From IMG/VR virus record IMGVR_UViG_3300030329_003387: 64,000 nucleotides of DNA; one strand, 5' to 3'. Position numbers and translations under genes: made by a program. Position 1 is the first letter of the stretch. Every line of letters begins with the position of its first letter. The notes under the pieces were generated by a model that saw nothing but the letters and a program-made list of their open reading frames with translations, did no database searches and had not been told where the DNA came from. Origin of the DNA: a virus. This document shows positions 9,135-19,371 of this stretch, one piece after another.

Positions 9135-10143
9135 TCCAGTAGCATCTATAACAAGAGCAGCGACCAGAAAATTTAATGAGCCGCTAAACATACTAACCTT
9201 TCCTACGCACGAAAGGTATGAAAGTCTTTTGTGCAGGACTGGCCATAATTTTTATGCCTACAGAGCTGAAGGTGTAAAAGACTGGAACTCTAATTACGCT
9301 CCTCTACCAGAGAATTACCAACTGCTAAACCCAGAGCTTGGCGAATCACAAATACCACTGAATGTAGATTTTGATCTCATTCTCTCTCAAAACAAATTCG
9401 GTCAATTTCAAATTGCAGAGCCTTTATCAAAAAGACTGCACTTGCCGATGGTTAGTTTAGAGCATACATTGCCAGTTCCTTACTGGCCTCCCAATGTAAA
9501 AGAATCCACAAAATACATGAGAGGCGACACAAACATATTTATATCAGAATACAGCATACACGACTGGGATTGGAGTCCGCAGGGAAATGACACAGCAGTA
9601 ATAACACACGGAGTGGACTCGCAGACTTTTAAGCCACAAGAAGTAGAGAGAGAAAATCAAATACTATCCGTTGTTAATGACTGGATTAATAGAGATTGGT
9701 GTTGCGGATTCACTTTATGGCAAAGAGTCATTCAAGGCTTACCATTTAAGGTTGTTGGAGATACTCCCGGCCTGTCAGTCCCAGCATCCAGCACAGAAGA
9801 ATTAGTAAACGCATACTCTTCCAATAGAATTTTTCTAAACACTTCTACAATATCTCCCGTACCAACAGCCTTGCTGGAAGCCATGTCTTGTGGTTGCGCT
9901 GTTGTTACGACAGCGACATGTATGATACCGGAGATTGTAGAAAATGGCGTTAACGGTTTTATAAGTAATGACGAAGAAGAGCTAAAGCAATACTTAGTTG
10001 ACCTCTTGAATGACGAAGAGCTTGCTAAAAAGCTAGGCGAAAACGCAAGAAAAACCATAGTCGAAAACTTTTCACAAGAAGAGTTTATCAGGAAGTGGGA
10101 CTTTTTACTTAAACAAACTGCTAAAAAGTTTTTTAGGGGATAA
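9127..10143 (+). CDS. GT4 glycosyltransferase
   Basis: HGVD...F.P, PTALLEAMSCGCAVV, PEIVENGVNG, LGENARK. Confidence 0.9.
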   Translation: MSNPVASITRAATRKFNEPLNILTFPTHERYESLLCRTGHNFYAYRAEGVKDWNSNYAPLPENYQLLNPELGESQIPLNVDFDLILSQNKFGQFQIAEPLSKRLHLPMVSLEHTLPVPYWPPNVKESTKYMRGDTNIFISEYSIHDWDWSPQGNDTAVITHGVDSQTFKPQEVERENQILSVVNDWINRDWCCGFTLWQRVIQGLPFKVVGDTPGLSVPASSTEELVNAYSSNRIFLNTSTISPVPTALLEAMSCGCAVVTTATCMIPEIVENGVNGFISNDEEELKQYLVDLLNDEELAKKLGENARKTIVENFSQEEFIRKWDFLLKQTAKKFFRG

Positions 10144-10144
10144 G

Positions 10145-10654
10145 ATGAAGATTAACATAACACTAGGCGGGTCTGGCTACAAATCTGGATTTGTGAACAT
10201 AGACCCAACACTCAAGAGAATGGGTGAAGAAGTAGTTCTAGAGAATGCCAATGATGAACAAACAAATGTCATAAAGGCAGACATTCGTAATTTAGATGAA
10301 ATAACCCTAGAAAACGAATGTGTAGAAATTGTAGCAGAAGACATACTAGATTATCTACAGCTTGGAGAGTCTAGAAAAGTTTTAGCTCACTGGATCAGTA
10401 AGCTTAGGCATGGCGGCAAGATAGTCGTTGGTGGAACGGACATTCTAGAAGTATGTAGGATGTTTTACAAAAAAGCTATAGACACAGAGTCTCTTAATGT
10501 CCTCATGCATGGAAATTTTGAGGAGGCTTGGAGCGTTAAATTAAGTCATACGACTATGGAAGATCTTGTCTCTTTCTTAGAGTCACAAGGTATCAAAGTT
10601 ACAAAGAAAAGATTACAAGGCGTTAATATGTTAGTAGAAGGAGAAAGGCCATGA
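10145..10654 (+). CDS. class I SAM-dependent methyltransferase-like protein
   Basis: KINI..GG...GFVNID, ADIRNL, LAHWISKLRHGGKIVV pattern. Confidence 0.65.
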   Translation: MKINITLGGSGYKSGFVNIDPTLKRMGEEVVLENANDEQTNVIKADIRNLDEITLENECVEIVAEDILDYLQLGESRKVLAHWISKLRHGGKIVVGGTDILEVCRMFYKKAIDTESLNVLMHGNFEEAWSVKLSHTTMEDLVSFLESQGIKVTKKRLQGVNMLVEGERP

Positions 10655-11448
10655 TGGACAATCAGTTAACTAGCTCCTGTAAAGATTGTGTTTTTGCTGT
10701 TTATATTGGCAAAACACAGACAGAGTGTAAGTTAGGTCGAGTAGAGAAGTTTAGAGAAAAGGGAGTTGACATCATTGAAGCAGAGGACTTAGAAGAAAAT
10801 GAGTTCTTTGTGGTTGAGGCTTGGTGCAACTACTACAGAAATCAGGAATGGAAAGAGGCGTTTGACACAAGCGTTAGTCTAACAGACAAAGTAAAAGAAG
10901 AAGCCGTCTTTCCCGTAGGCTTTATAGTTTTGTTTGATAATGACTCCTCCACCGAAGATCTAGAAAAAACTATTTCTGGCATTAAGGAAATAGAAGGCGA
11001 GGCTTCATATGTCACCATAGCCAATAGTTCAGAATCAGACCCTATAGAATTCATTTCTACAGTTCAAGATTTGTTTGGAGATTCTGAAATAGATTACAAA
11101 GTAACTAGGATTATGGAAGAAGAGGCATATCAATACCAATCTATAGATTTGTGTTTTCCTAACATTAACAATAGCTACTACTATGTTTTGAGAGCTGGAA
11201 ACAAGCCTGCAAAGGATGTAATTTCTTTAATTGACAAGCAAACGAACACAGAACTTGAACCTGTTGTCTATATCAAAGGCGATGAAAATCTAAATGGAAC
11301 TGTTGTTCAGGCTACCATGCATAAGTTTTTGAATGGATACTACGGAATGACACTTCTTGAAAAAATAGAAGGCATACAGAGTGAAGACGGAAGTACCAAA
11401 AGTGTAGTTTGGACTTGGGAAGAAATTAGAAATGGAAAAGAATCCTAG
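10651..11448 (+). CDS. hypothetical protein: N-terminal Cys cluster plus degenerate GT-A-like domain
   Basis: CKDC...C...WCNYYR; VGFIVLF...DLEKTISGI resembles the start of a GT2 domain. Overlaps both neighbours. Confidence 0.5.
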   Translation: MMDNQLTSSCKDCVFAVYIGKTQTECKLGRVEKFREKGVDIIEAEDLEENEFFVVEAWCNYYRNQEWKEAFDTSVSLTDKVKEEAVFPVGFIVLFDNDSSTEDLEKTISGIKEIEGEASYVTIANSSESDPIEFISTVQDLFGDSEIDYKVTRIMEEEAYQYQSIDLCFPNINNSYYYVLRAGNKPAKDVISLIDKQTNTELEPVVYIKGDENLNGTVVQATMHKFLNGYYGMTLLEKIEGIQSEDGSTKSVVWTWEEIRNGKES

Positions 11449-12220
11449 AGTTACAATTCTTATAGCTTGTTATAACGACGAAGAGTATATAGCAAAAGCT
11501 ATAAAAAGTGCTATGCACCAAGACTATGAGGGACCTATAACAATTTGCGTTGTTAATGATGGCTCTACAGATAAGTCTTGGGACATAATAACTTCTTCTG
11601 AAAAGAGTGTTGCCAGCGATACATTTGAAGGTTCGCAAGTTTTTATAACTTGGCCTAGTGATGATTTTTCCGATAGAAAATTCGTTGCTATAAACAGAAC
11701 AAATGGAGGCCCTAGTGCTGCTAGAAATACCGGCATCAACTACACGTTGCAGGATACAGATATCTATGCAATTTTAGACGCTGACGATGAAATGTATCCT
11801 GAAAAGATAACAAAGTGTGTCAATGTTATGAAACAGGACATGAAATCTATTGGAGTTGTCTATGCTGATTATGACACTAAACATACTTCTACAGGAAAAA
11901 TAATCAGAGAGTATAAAGAACCTTACACCAGAAGAAGATTAATAGAAGAATGCATGGTTCATAGCGGAAGCATTATAAACAAACAAGCACTACTAGATGT
12001 TGAAGAAGCTACTGGCTACTACGACTCTACTATGAGAACATGCGAAGACTATGATCTTTGGATGAGAATAAGCGAAAAATACATCATAGCTCATGTTGCA
12101 GAGTCGCTGACTCTTGTTAGAGTAACAGGTGACAACTCTAGCTTTGTAGTGAACAAAAATGTCTGGCAACAGAACTGGTCTAGAGTAATGGAAAAATTGC
12201 AAGACAGGGCAAATGCGTAA
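11432..12220 (+). CDS. GT2 glycosyltransferase
   Basis: VTILIACYNDEEYI, VVNDGSTD, GPSAARN, ILDADD, CEDYDLWMRI. Confidence 0.95.
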   Translation: MEKNPRVTILIACYNDEEYIAKAIKSAMHQDYEGPITICVVNDGSTDKSWDIITSSEKSVASDTFEGSQVFITWPSDDFSDRKFVAINRTNGGPSAARNTGINYTLQDTDIYAILDADDEMYPEKITKCVNVMKQDMKSIGVVYADYDTKHTSTGKIIREYKEPYTRRRLIEECMVHSGSIINKQALLDVEEATGYYDSTMRTCEDYDLWMRISEKYIIAHVAESLTLVRVTGDNSSFVVNKNVWQQNWSRVMEKLQDRANA

Positions 12221-12932
12221 ATATAACCGTTTTACAAGCTCAACGAAGCACAATGGAGCTGGCAAAGACGCTGATAAACCTTTAAGTGTCATTATACCAG
12301 TAGCCGGTATGGGTCATAGAATGAAATCCTATGGCCCTAAGTGTTTGCTGCCAGTAAATCAAAGACATACCATACTAGACAAAATAATATTAACGGTAAA
12401 AAAGATTTACCCGTTTTCTGAGATAATAGTTGTGGTAGGGTTTGAATCCGACAGGGTTATAAAAACTCTGGATAGAGACATAAGGATTGTAGAAAATCAA
12501 TCTTATAGAACATCGAATATAGTGGAGAGTCTTAGGCTTGGAGTAAACAACTCAGTCCATGACAATGCACTGATAATATATGGAGATCTTATATTCAATG
12601 TAAGTTCGCTGAATGACATAACAAGGAAAGGCTCTTCTATTGTTGTTGATAGCCAGTCTAGATTTGATGAAGAAGAAATAGGCGTAACTATAGTGGACGG
12701 AGAAGTTACAAACTTTGCTTATGGGTTAGAATCTAAATGGGCGCATATAGCATACTTGGAAGGTTTGGAGTTTGAAATGTTTAACGATTTATGTCAAGAC
12801 AAGACAAAAAACAAAATGTATCCATTTGAGCTTTTCAATATAATAATAAACTCTGGAGGTTTCTTTAGATCTGTTGAACCTCCTCGAATGCAAATAAAAG
12901 AAATTGACTCTCTTAAGGACTTGAAAAAATGA
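12213..12932 (+). CDS. LicC-like nucleotidyl(cytidylyl)transferase
   Basis: IIPVAGMGHRM...PKCLL, VVVGF, IIYGDLIF, EIDSLKDL. Confidence 0.8.
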   Translation: MRKYNRFTSSTKHNGAGKDADKPLSVIIPVAGMGHRMKSYGPKCLLPVNQRHTILDKIILTVKKIYPFSEIIVVVGFESDRVIKTLDRDIRIVENQSYRTSNIVESLRLGVNNSVHDNALIIYGDLIFNVSSLNDITRKGSSIVVDSQSRFDEEEIGVTIVDGEVTNFAYGLESKWAHIAYLEGLEFEMFNDLCQDKTKNKMYPFELFNIIINSGGFFRSVEPPRMQIKEIDSLKDLKK

Positions 12933-13975
12933 AAGTTATGATTTCTAGTGACGGTCCTCATGCGCACTACTATATAAGAATGGGATGGGCTAAAGTTTTT
13001 CAAGCTATAGGTCACGAAGTAATTTTATGGGACACAAATACAAAGTCTGCATATGACGCATTTGATGAGTTTGAACCCGATATATTTATGGGTCAAACTT
13101 ACAACATGAATAGATCTCTCTTTAACTGCATAAAAGAGCGTCCAGAAATGAAGGTTGTAATGCGAGCTTCTGACTGGGGCGACATGCAAAAAGAGGTGGA
13201 TAAAGAAAAATATCCCATCCTGACGGCTACGAAAGATGAGTCTATATGGATAGAAAGACTTAAGAGAGAGTGCGACAAGCCTGACTTCGTTCACAATCAT
13301 TACCATGATAATTGGATGAAGGTCACGCACAATAGGTGGGAAGTAATAGGTGTAAAAGTTGTCTCAATGATGCATGGCGCAGATGTGTTCGACTATGCAA
13401 ACGCTGGTGAAGTAGATCTTCTAAAATCTGATATAGTGTTTGTGGGTGGTTATTGGCCTTACAAAGCAGAAAGGTTAGATCCATATCTTCTTAGGTTGTG
13501 CCATCCTGTCGGCAAGTTCAATATAAAAATCTTTGGAGGGTCTGATTGGCCGGTAGTTCAGTACGCCGGAAAAATCTCTAATGAAAATGTAAAACACGCC
13601 TTTAGATCTGCTACCGTCTGCCCAAACGTCAGCGAACCCCACTCACAGGACTTTGGATATGATATAATTGAGAGACCGTTCAAAGTATTGATGAGCGGCG
13701 GCTTCTGCATTTCAGACTACGTTGAGTCAATGGCAAACGACGTATTCACAAACGACGAAGTTCTGTTTGCAAAAACACCAGAAGAGTTTGAGCAACTAAT
13801 TCAATACTACGTCAATCACCCTAAAGAAGCAGCACTATACGCAGAAAAAGGATTTAATTGCGTTCTACAAAATCATACTTATTTTCACAGAATCGCTAGG
13901 CTGTTTACCGAACTAGACATGCCTAAAGAAGCGGAAAAATGTTTAATGTTCGTAGATAGCATGGTGGAAAAATGA
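12929..13975 (+). CDS. CgeB-like GT-B glycosyltransferase
   Basis: DIVFVGGY, ERPFKVLMSGGFCISDY, HTYFHRI C-terminal pattern. Confidence 0.8.
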   Translation: MKVMISSDGPHAHYYIRMGWAKVFQAIGHEVILWDTNTKSAYDAFDEFEPDIFMGQTYNMNRSLFNCIKERPEMKVVMRASDWGDMQKEVDKEKYPILTATKDESIWIERLKRECDKPDFVHNHYHDNWMKVTHNRWEVIGVKVVSMMHGADVFDYANAGEVDLLKSDIVFVGGYWPYKAERLDPYLLRLCHPVGKFNIKIFGGSDWPVVQYAGKISNENVKHAFRSATVCPNVSEPHSQDFGYDIIERPFKVLMSGGFCISDYVESMANDVFTNDEVLFAKTPEEFEQLIQYYVNHPKEAALYAEKGFNCVLQNHTYFHRIARLFTELDMPKEAEKCLMFVDSMVEK

Positions 13976-14922
13976 AAATACTTGTGACTGGATCGACCGG
14001 ATTCATAGGAAAGCATCTTTGTTTGCAATTAAAACTTCTTGGACACGAACTGATTACAGTATCCCGCCGTCCAATAATGATAACCAAAAGAGACGTTAAA
14101 CTTAGCGATCACTATGCGTTAGACCTTGGCGAAGTAGACAGGTCAAAAGATAGCTACTACATTTTTGAGAACATATGCAAGCAGCACAAGCCTGATTTAA
14201 TATATCACTTAGCAAGCAACGCTGTAGTAAAGCCTGACGATGAAAACCCACATGGCATTATTTTAGACAACACCGTAAGTACACAAAAAATAGCTCATTA
14301 CGCGCCTGAAGGATGTAAGGTTGTCTTGGCTTCTTCTGTCATAGTTTATGGCGATTGGATTTTTAATTCACCAAGCCCTGACAGAAAATACAAAGAATCC
14401 TCTGCCTGCAAGCCAACTTCAATTTATGGAATGACCAAGAGGGCTTCTGAGAGCATAATTGAGTCATATACATCTTCAGGCAAAATAGATGGGGTTTCTG
14501 CTAGATTGTGCGCGACCGTAGGCTCCGGACTGACTCATGGAATCATAAAAGACTTCATAAGAAAAATAAAAAGCGACAACCCAAATCTAGAAGCTTTAGG
14601 CTCTTATCCCGGATCTACCAAACCTTTCTGTCATATAGACGATGTGGTAGAAGCACTGATACTTCTTGGTACACAAGATGCAAAAGGCAAGGTATTTAAC
14701 GTAGTTCCTGATGATTCAATTACAGTTGAGGAAGTTGCGGAAGCAGCAATGTCTGCTCTAGAAATACAAAAGCCTATAAAGTGGCTTGGAGAAGAAGCAA
14801 ACTGGAAAGGCGATAATAGAATTATTAGAGCTAGTAACACATTGTTAAAATCTGCGGGTTGGAATCCTAAGTTTCCTAAATCAAAAGATGTCATCTTTGA
14901 TGTAGTAAAGAGAAGCAAATGA
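13972..14922 (+). CDS. NAD-dependent sugar epimerase/dehydratase (extended SDR)
   Basis: ILVTGSTGFIG, YHLAS, ASS..VYG, YGMTK. Confidence 0.92.
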   Translation: MKILVTGSTGFIGKHLCLQLKLLGHELITVSRRPIMITKRDVKLSDHYALDLGEVDRSKDSYYIFENICKQHKPDLIYHLASNAVVKPDDENPHGIILDNTVSTQKIAHYAPEGCKVVLASSVIVYGDWIFNSPSPDRKYKESSACKPTSIYGMTKRASESIIESYTSSGKIDGVSARLCATVGSGLTHGIIKDFIRKIKSDNPNLEALGSYPGSTKPFCHIDDVVEALILLGTQDAKGKVFNVVPDDSITVEEVAEAAMSALEIQKPIKWLGEEANWKGDNRIIRASNTLLKSAGWNPKFPKSKDVIFDVVKRSK

Positions 14923-15974
14923 AAGTACTCTACTACCCACTAATACAACAACAAGCCATTTCGTCAAGACAGGCTGGAGACTATCTGACAGACACTCTCT
15001 TTCATGGTCTCAGATCTTTGTTAGGTGAAGATCTCATAGACGGCTACAGAATGTGGCATGTCTACAATGATGCCCATCCAGAATCTTTGTCTCACTTGTG
15101 GGGCAAAGGTTTTACTACTTATGGTTTATTGCCAAACATAAAGATTGACAGGGATGACATTGGCGGCAAGATACAAAGCAGATATTTTGACTATGTTATC
15201 TGTCCTATGCATCACACTATGGTTCAAGACTGGAACACGGCAAAGGGTATTATAAAGAAGGTTCTTGAATTTTACCCAGCCAACAGAGTTTGCCTGATAG
15301 ATGGATGGGATAGACCCTACACCGACACCTCTTTAATATCTTTAGTTCCGTTCTTTAAAAGAGAGATAAACGAAGAAACAAGCCAAGCAAAGCCCATCTC
15401 ATTTTCTATACCTAAAGAAAAGCTGCGACCTTTAGGCGGTAAGACAAAACAGATTGATTTTGCTCCGCTAGTTCCAGCGTATGGTCACTTTGACGATCCG
15501 CATATGAAGTCTTACATTTATGATAATGAAAAAGACTACTATGATATGTACGAAGAAAGTTACTTTGCTTATACGTGTAAAAAAGGCAGAGAGCATGTTC
15601 TTGAGGAGTCTTGGGATTGTATGCGACATTATGAAATATTAGCAGCCGGTTCTGTTCCTTACTTTACAGACATAGAAAAATGTCCTCCAAAAAGCATGTT
15701 TAGATTTCCTAAAGACCTTTGCGTAAAAGCAAAAAAAATGTCTGGAGTCATGCCCGGAACAAAAAAACCTTTTGATCCAGAAGAAGACACGTTTATAGGA
15801 ACGTCTAAAGCTATACAAGATGGTTCAGCCAGAGGTTATATAGACTATCCAAATTTCAACAACGCGGAATATGAAAATCTGCTAAGAGATTTTAGAGAGT
15901 ATACAAAAAAATACTTAACTACAGAATCTATGGCAAAATATCTTTTAGAAGAAATGAAAAAATGCTCGGAATAG
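14919..15974 (+). CDS. putative glycosyltransferase (exostosin-like C-terminus)
   Basis: DYLTDTLFHGLRSL, WDCMRHYEILAAGSVPYF motif; operon context. Confidence 0.55.
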   Translation: MKVLYYPLIQQQAISSRQAGDYLTDTLFHGLRSLLGEDLIDGYRMWHVYNDAHPESLSHLWGKGFTTYGLLPNIKIDRDDIGGKIQSRYFDYVICPMHHTMVQDWNTAKGIIKKVLEFYPANRVCLIDGWDRPYTDTSLISLVPFFKREINEETSQAKPISFSIPKEKLRPLGGKTKQIDFAPLVPAYGHFDDPHMKSYIYDNEKDYYDMYEESYFAYTCKKGREHVLEESWDCMRHYEILAAGSVPYFTDIEKCPPKSMFRFPKDLCVKAKKMSGVMPGTKKPFDPEEDTFIGTSKAIQDGSARGYIDYPNFNNAEYENLLRDFREYTKKYLTTESMAKYLLEEMKKCSE

Positions 15975-16684
15975 AAAAAGCTATATGTCTATGTTTAGAC
16001 AAACGAAAAGACGAATGGGAAGACCTACAAAGACAGTGCGAGTCGAAGGGTATTGAGTTTGAAAAGTTTATCGTTGGTGATGGCAAAACATTAGACCCAG
16101 ATATGTACGATAGAATAGACGTTGAAGACGCAGATCTTTCTGATTGGAGTTATGGAAATGACACCACTAAAATCAGACACTACAACGCTTTCATGTCACA
16201 TATTGAAATATTCAAAAGAGCAAAAGAACAGGGGCTAAATCGTTTTTTACTTCTTGAAGACGATGCTTATTTTACAGAGAGATTTGATGATGTAATGTCT
16301 AAGGTGGAACAAATAGCACATCAGTACGAAGAGAACAACAAAAGACCTTTTGTTTTTGATATGTTTTTTCTTGGTTGGTGGATAGGAGAGGCTGACGATC
16401 CTTGGAATAAGACAGTTGAAAGAATATACAATGAGAATGGAGGGGTGGCATTGGGAACCGTGTCGGAAGCACACTTCACTTGCGGCGGAATGCACGGCGT
16501 TATTATCAATAAAACTATCTTAAACAAACTCATAGAGCTTGAGCCTAAAAATCCAATAGACTCACAGCTAAACTCAGGGATACATCAAGAAATGAATACT
16601 TGCTATGTTATGCCCAAAATCATACACGACAAAGGTTTGTTCAGTAATTGTGAACAAAACAGGATTGAAAGAAATAAGCTATGA
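15962..16684 (+). CDS. GT25-like glycosyltransferase
   Basis: CLCLDKRKD, SHIEIFKRA, LLLEDDA, PIDSQL. Confidence 0.82.
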   Translation: MLGIEKAICLCLDKRKDEWEDLQRQCESKGIEFEKFIVGDGKTLDPDMYDRIDVEDADLSDWSYGNDTTKIRHYNAFMSHIEIFKRAKEQGLNRFLLLEDDAYFTERFDDVMSKVEQIAHQYEENNKRPFVFDMFFLGWWIGEADDPWNKTVERIYNENGGVALGTVSEAHFTCGGMHGVIINKTILNKLIELEPKNPIDSQLNSGIHQEMNTCYVMPKIIHDKGLFSNCEQNRIERNKL

Positions 16685-17346
16685 AAGTTGCGGTTTGTCT
16701 TTCTGGACAACTAAGAAGCTTTGTTAGAAGCCGAGACTCACTTTTTAAAAACATAATAGATCCTACAGACGCAGATCTCTTCGTCTATGGCTGGGATTTT
16801 GAAAAGCGAAATGAAAATGATGTAACCAAGAGGTTCTCTGAGGACGGTACTGTAGAAGAATTCTTAGAATTGTACAAACCAAAATCTTTGATTCTTGAAA
16901 GCTGTGATGAGTTTCTAAAAGACAAAAACTTTTCCTTCCGTACAAAAGCTCCAGAGACCAGCGCTGAAAGAATGATGTGTATGTTTTATACAAATATGCA
17001 GTGTTATCAGCAGATAAACAAAGAAAACTATGATGTTGTTTTTAGATGCAGAACAGAAATAGAATACGAAAGACCAATAACAAACGAAGAGCTAGAAATT
17101 TCATATACAAATCTAGTTATACCAAAAGGTCTTGATGGAAGAGGTGGATACCAAGATTCATTTGCGTTTGGTTCTGTAGAAGATATGAACGTATACAATT
17201 CTGTATATAACAACGTAGAGTACTATGCTAAAAACGGCATAATGATACATCCAGAATACATACTAAGATATCACTTAGATTATAATAATGTGCCAGTTAA
17301 TAGAATTAATTTTCCTATGCTTCTTAGGGGTAAGAAATACGGATGA
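16681..17346 (+). CDS. putative glycosyltransferase (VAVCLSGQxR family)
   Basis: KVAVCLSGQLRSF, YDVVFRCRTE, DSFAFGS..DM..Y, HPEYIL. Confidence 0.65.
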   Translation: MKVAVCLSGQLRSFVRSRDSLFKNIIDPTDADLFVYGWDFEKRNENDVTKRFSEDGTVEEFLELYKPKSLILESCDEFLKDKNFSFRTKAPETSAERMMCMFYTNMQCYQQINKENYDVVFRCRTEIEYERPITNEELEISYTNLVIPKGLDGRGGYQDSFAFGSVEDMNVYNSVYNNVEYYAKNGIMIHPEYILRYHLDYNNVPVNRINFPMLLRGKKYG

Positions 17347-18719
17347 TAAAAGTTATAATATTTGATCTTGACGGTGTATTAGTAGAAGCTAGAAATATAC
17401 ATTACGAAGCTTTAAATAGAGCTTTGGCTAAATTTGGAGAAGAATATGTAATATCGCTTGAAGAACACCTTTCTTCCTATGACGGACTTCCTACAAAAAA
17501 GAAACTGGCCAAACTGTCCAAAGAAAAGGGATTGCCAACCAATATACATACAGAGGTTTGGCAAGAAAAACAAAAATGCACACAAAAAGTAATATCAGAC
17601 GTGGTTAGTCCCTTTTCACATGCTGGTATATGCATGGTACTAAGAAGGCTTAGCAGCGATGGGTATAAGATATACTGCGCTTCAAATTCAATAAGGTCTA
17701 GTGTAAAGCTAATGCTTTTAAAGGCAGGCTACCTAGAATATATAGATGAATACTTTTCCAATGAAGATGTAAAAAACCCAAAACCACACTCTGAAATATA
17801 TCTAAAATGCATGATACATGCTGGAGTTAACCCAGAAGAATGCTTAATTGTAGAAGACTCTCATATAGGCAGAGAGGCGGCTGCAAAATCTGGAGGAAAT
17901 GTTTTAGGCGTAAAAGGTCTAGAAGACGTAAGATTAGATAACATACATAAAGCTATAGAAAAAGCTGAATGTAAGCATCAACCAATAAGACCTAAATGGC
18001 AGGGTGGAAATATGAAAGTTTTGATACCAATGGCTGGAGCTGGCTCTCGTTTTGAGAAAGCGGGATATACCTTTCCTAAGCCACTTATTGAAGTAAACGG
18101 CAAGCCCATGATACAAGTTGTCGTTGAAAATTTGAACATTGATGCTCAGCATATATTTATAGTTCAAAAAAGTCACTATGAAAAATACAATCTTCAGTAC
18201 CTACTTAACTTGATAGCTCCTAATTGTGAAATAGTTCAAGTTGACGGAGTGACTGAAGGTGCGGCTTGCACGACATTGTTGGCAAAAGAATTTATCAACA
18301 ACGATGAGCCGCTTTTAACAGCAAATTCTGATCAGTTTATTGACTGGAATAGCAATGAGTTTTTATATTCAATGCAAGCTTCTGGTGTAGATGGAGGAAT
18401 TTTAACTTTTGAATCGGTTCATCCAAAGTGGAGCTTTGCAAAGCTTGATAAAGATGGGTTTGTTTCCGAAGTTGCTGAAAAGAAACCGATCAGCAACAAG
18501 GCAACGGTGGGCGTATATTACTGGTCTAAAGGTAGCGACTATGTAAAATATGCCGAGCAAATGATTGCAAAAGACAGACGGGTAAACAACGAGTTTTATG
18601 TTTGCCCTGTATTTAACGAAGCTATAGAAGACAAGAAAAAAATTAAGGTGTTCGACATCGACAAAATGTGGGGTCTCGGAACGCCAGAGGACTTAGAGGT
18701 ATTTTTAAATGACACTTAA
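17343..18719 (+). CDS. HAD phosphatase / nucleotidyltransferase fusion
   Basis: N-terminal FDLDGVL, KPHSEIY, VEDSHIG; C-terminal IPMAGAGSRF...PKPLI, AEKKPIS, GLGTPEDL. Confidence 0.9.
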   Translation: MIKVIIFDLDGVLVEARNIHYEALNRALAKFGEEYVISLEEHLSSYDGLPTKKKLAKLSKEKGLPTNIHTEVWQEKQKCTQKVISDVVSPFSHAGICMVLRRLSSDGYKIYCASNSIRSSVKLMLLKAGYLEYIDEYFSNEDVKNPKPHSEIYLKCMIHAGVNPEECLIVEDSHIGREAAAKSGGNVLGVKGLEDVRLDNIHKAIEKAECKHQPIRPKWQGGNMKVLIPMAGAGSRFEKAGYTFPKPLIEVNGKPMIQVVVENLNIDAQHIFIVQKSHYEKYNLQYLLNLIAPNCEIVQVDGVTEGAACTTLLAKEFINNDEPLLTANSDQFIDWNSNEFLYSMQASGVDGGILTFESVHPKWSFAKLDKDGFVSEVAEKKPISNKATVGVYYWSKGSDYVKYAEQMIAKDRRVNNEFYVCPVFNEAIEDKKKIKVFDIDKMWGLGTPEDLEVFLNDT

Positions 18720-19371
18720 AGTTTTTATCGGATGGGATAGTAGAGAAGTTGATGCCTATAATGTTTGTGTCAAATCTCTAAAAGAACACGCATCACAAGA
18801 ACTCGACATTACGCCAATTGTTAGAGATACACTTATTGATACTGGCGAATATTACAGACCGCAACCAGAAGCTGGTTCCGTGGAGTTTACTTACACTAGG
18901 TTTTTAACACCATATCTAGCGGATTACAACGGCTGGGCATTGTTTATAGATTGCGACTTTCTATTTACGAAAGACGTGGCTGAATTGTTCTCCATGACAG
19001 ATGACAAATATGCACTGATGTGCGTCAAACATGATTATGTACCCAGAAACGCTGTGAAGATGGACGGACAAAAACAGGTTTCTTACCCAAGAAAAAACTG
19101 GTCTAGCTGTATTTTGTGGAATTGCGGACACCCATCTAACAAGGCACTAACAAAAGACATAGTTAGCGGAGAGTCTGGCGCGTTCTTACATAGATTTCAA
19201 TTTCTCAAAGACGAAGAGATTGGAGAACTGCCTCTTGAGTGGAATTGGTTAGAGGGTGAGTATGATAAACCCGAAACTCCACCCGCAGTAATACACTTTA
19301 CGAATGGTGGTCCGTGGTTTGAGAACTGGCAAGATGTAGACTATGCTGAACTCTGGAGGAGTTATCTCTAA
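18709..19371 (+). CDS. GT8-like (CDI-like) glycosyltransferase
   Basis: VFIGWDSRE, EFTYTRFLTPYL, FIDCDFL, YPRKNWSS, WNWL, IHFTNGGPW. Confidence 0.85.
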   Translation: MTLKVFIGWDSREVDAYNVCVKSLKEHASQELDITPIVRDTLIDTGEYYRPQPEAGSVEFTYTRFLTPYLADYNGWALFIDCDFLFTKDVAELFSMTDDKYALMCVKHDYVPRNAVKMDGQKQVSYPRKNWSSCILWNCGHPSNKALTKDIVSGESGAFLHRFQFLKDEEIGELPLEWNWLEGEYDKPETPPAVIHFTNGGPWFENWQDVDYAELWRSYL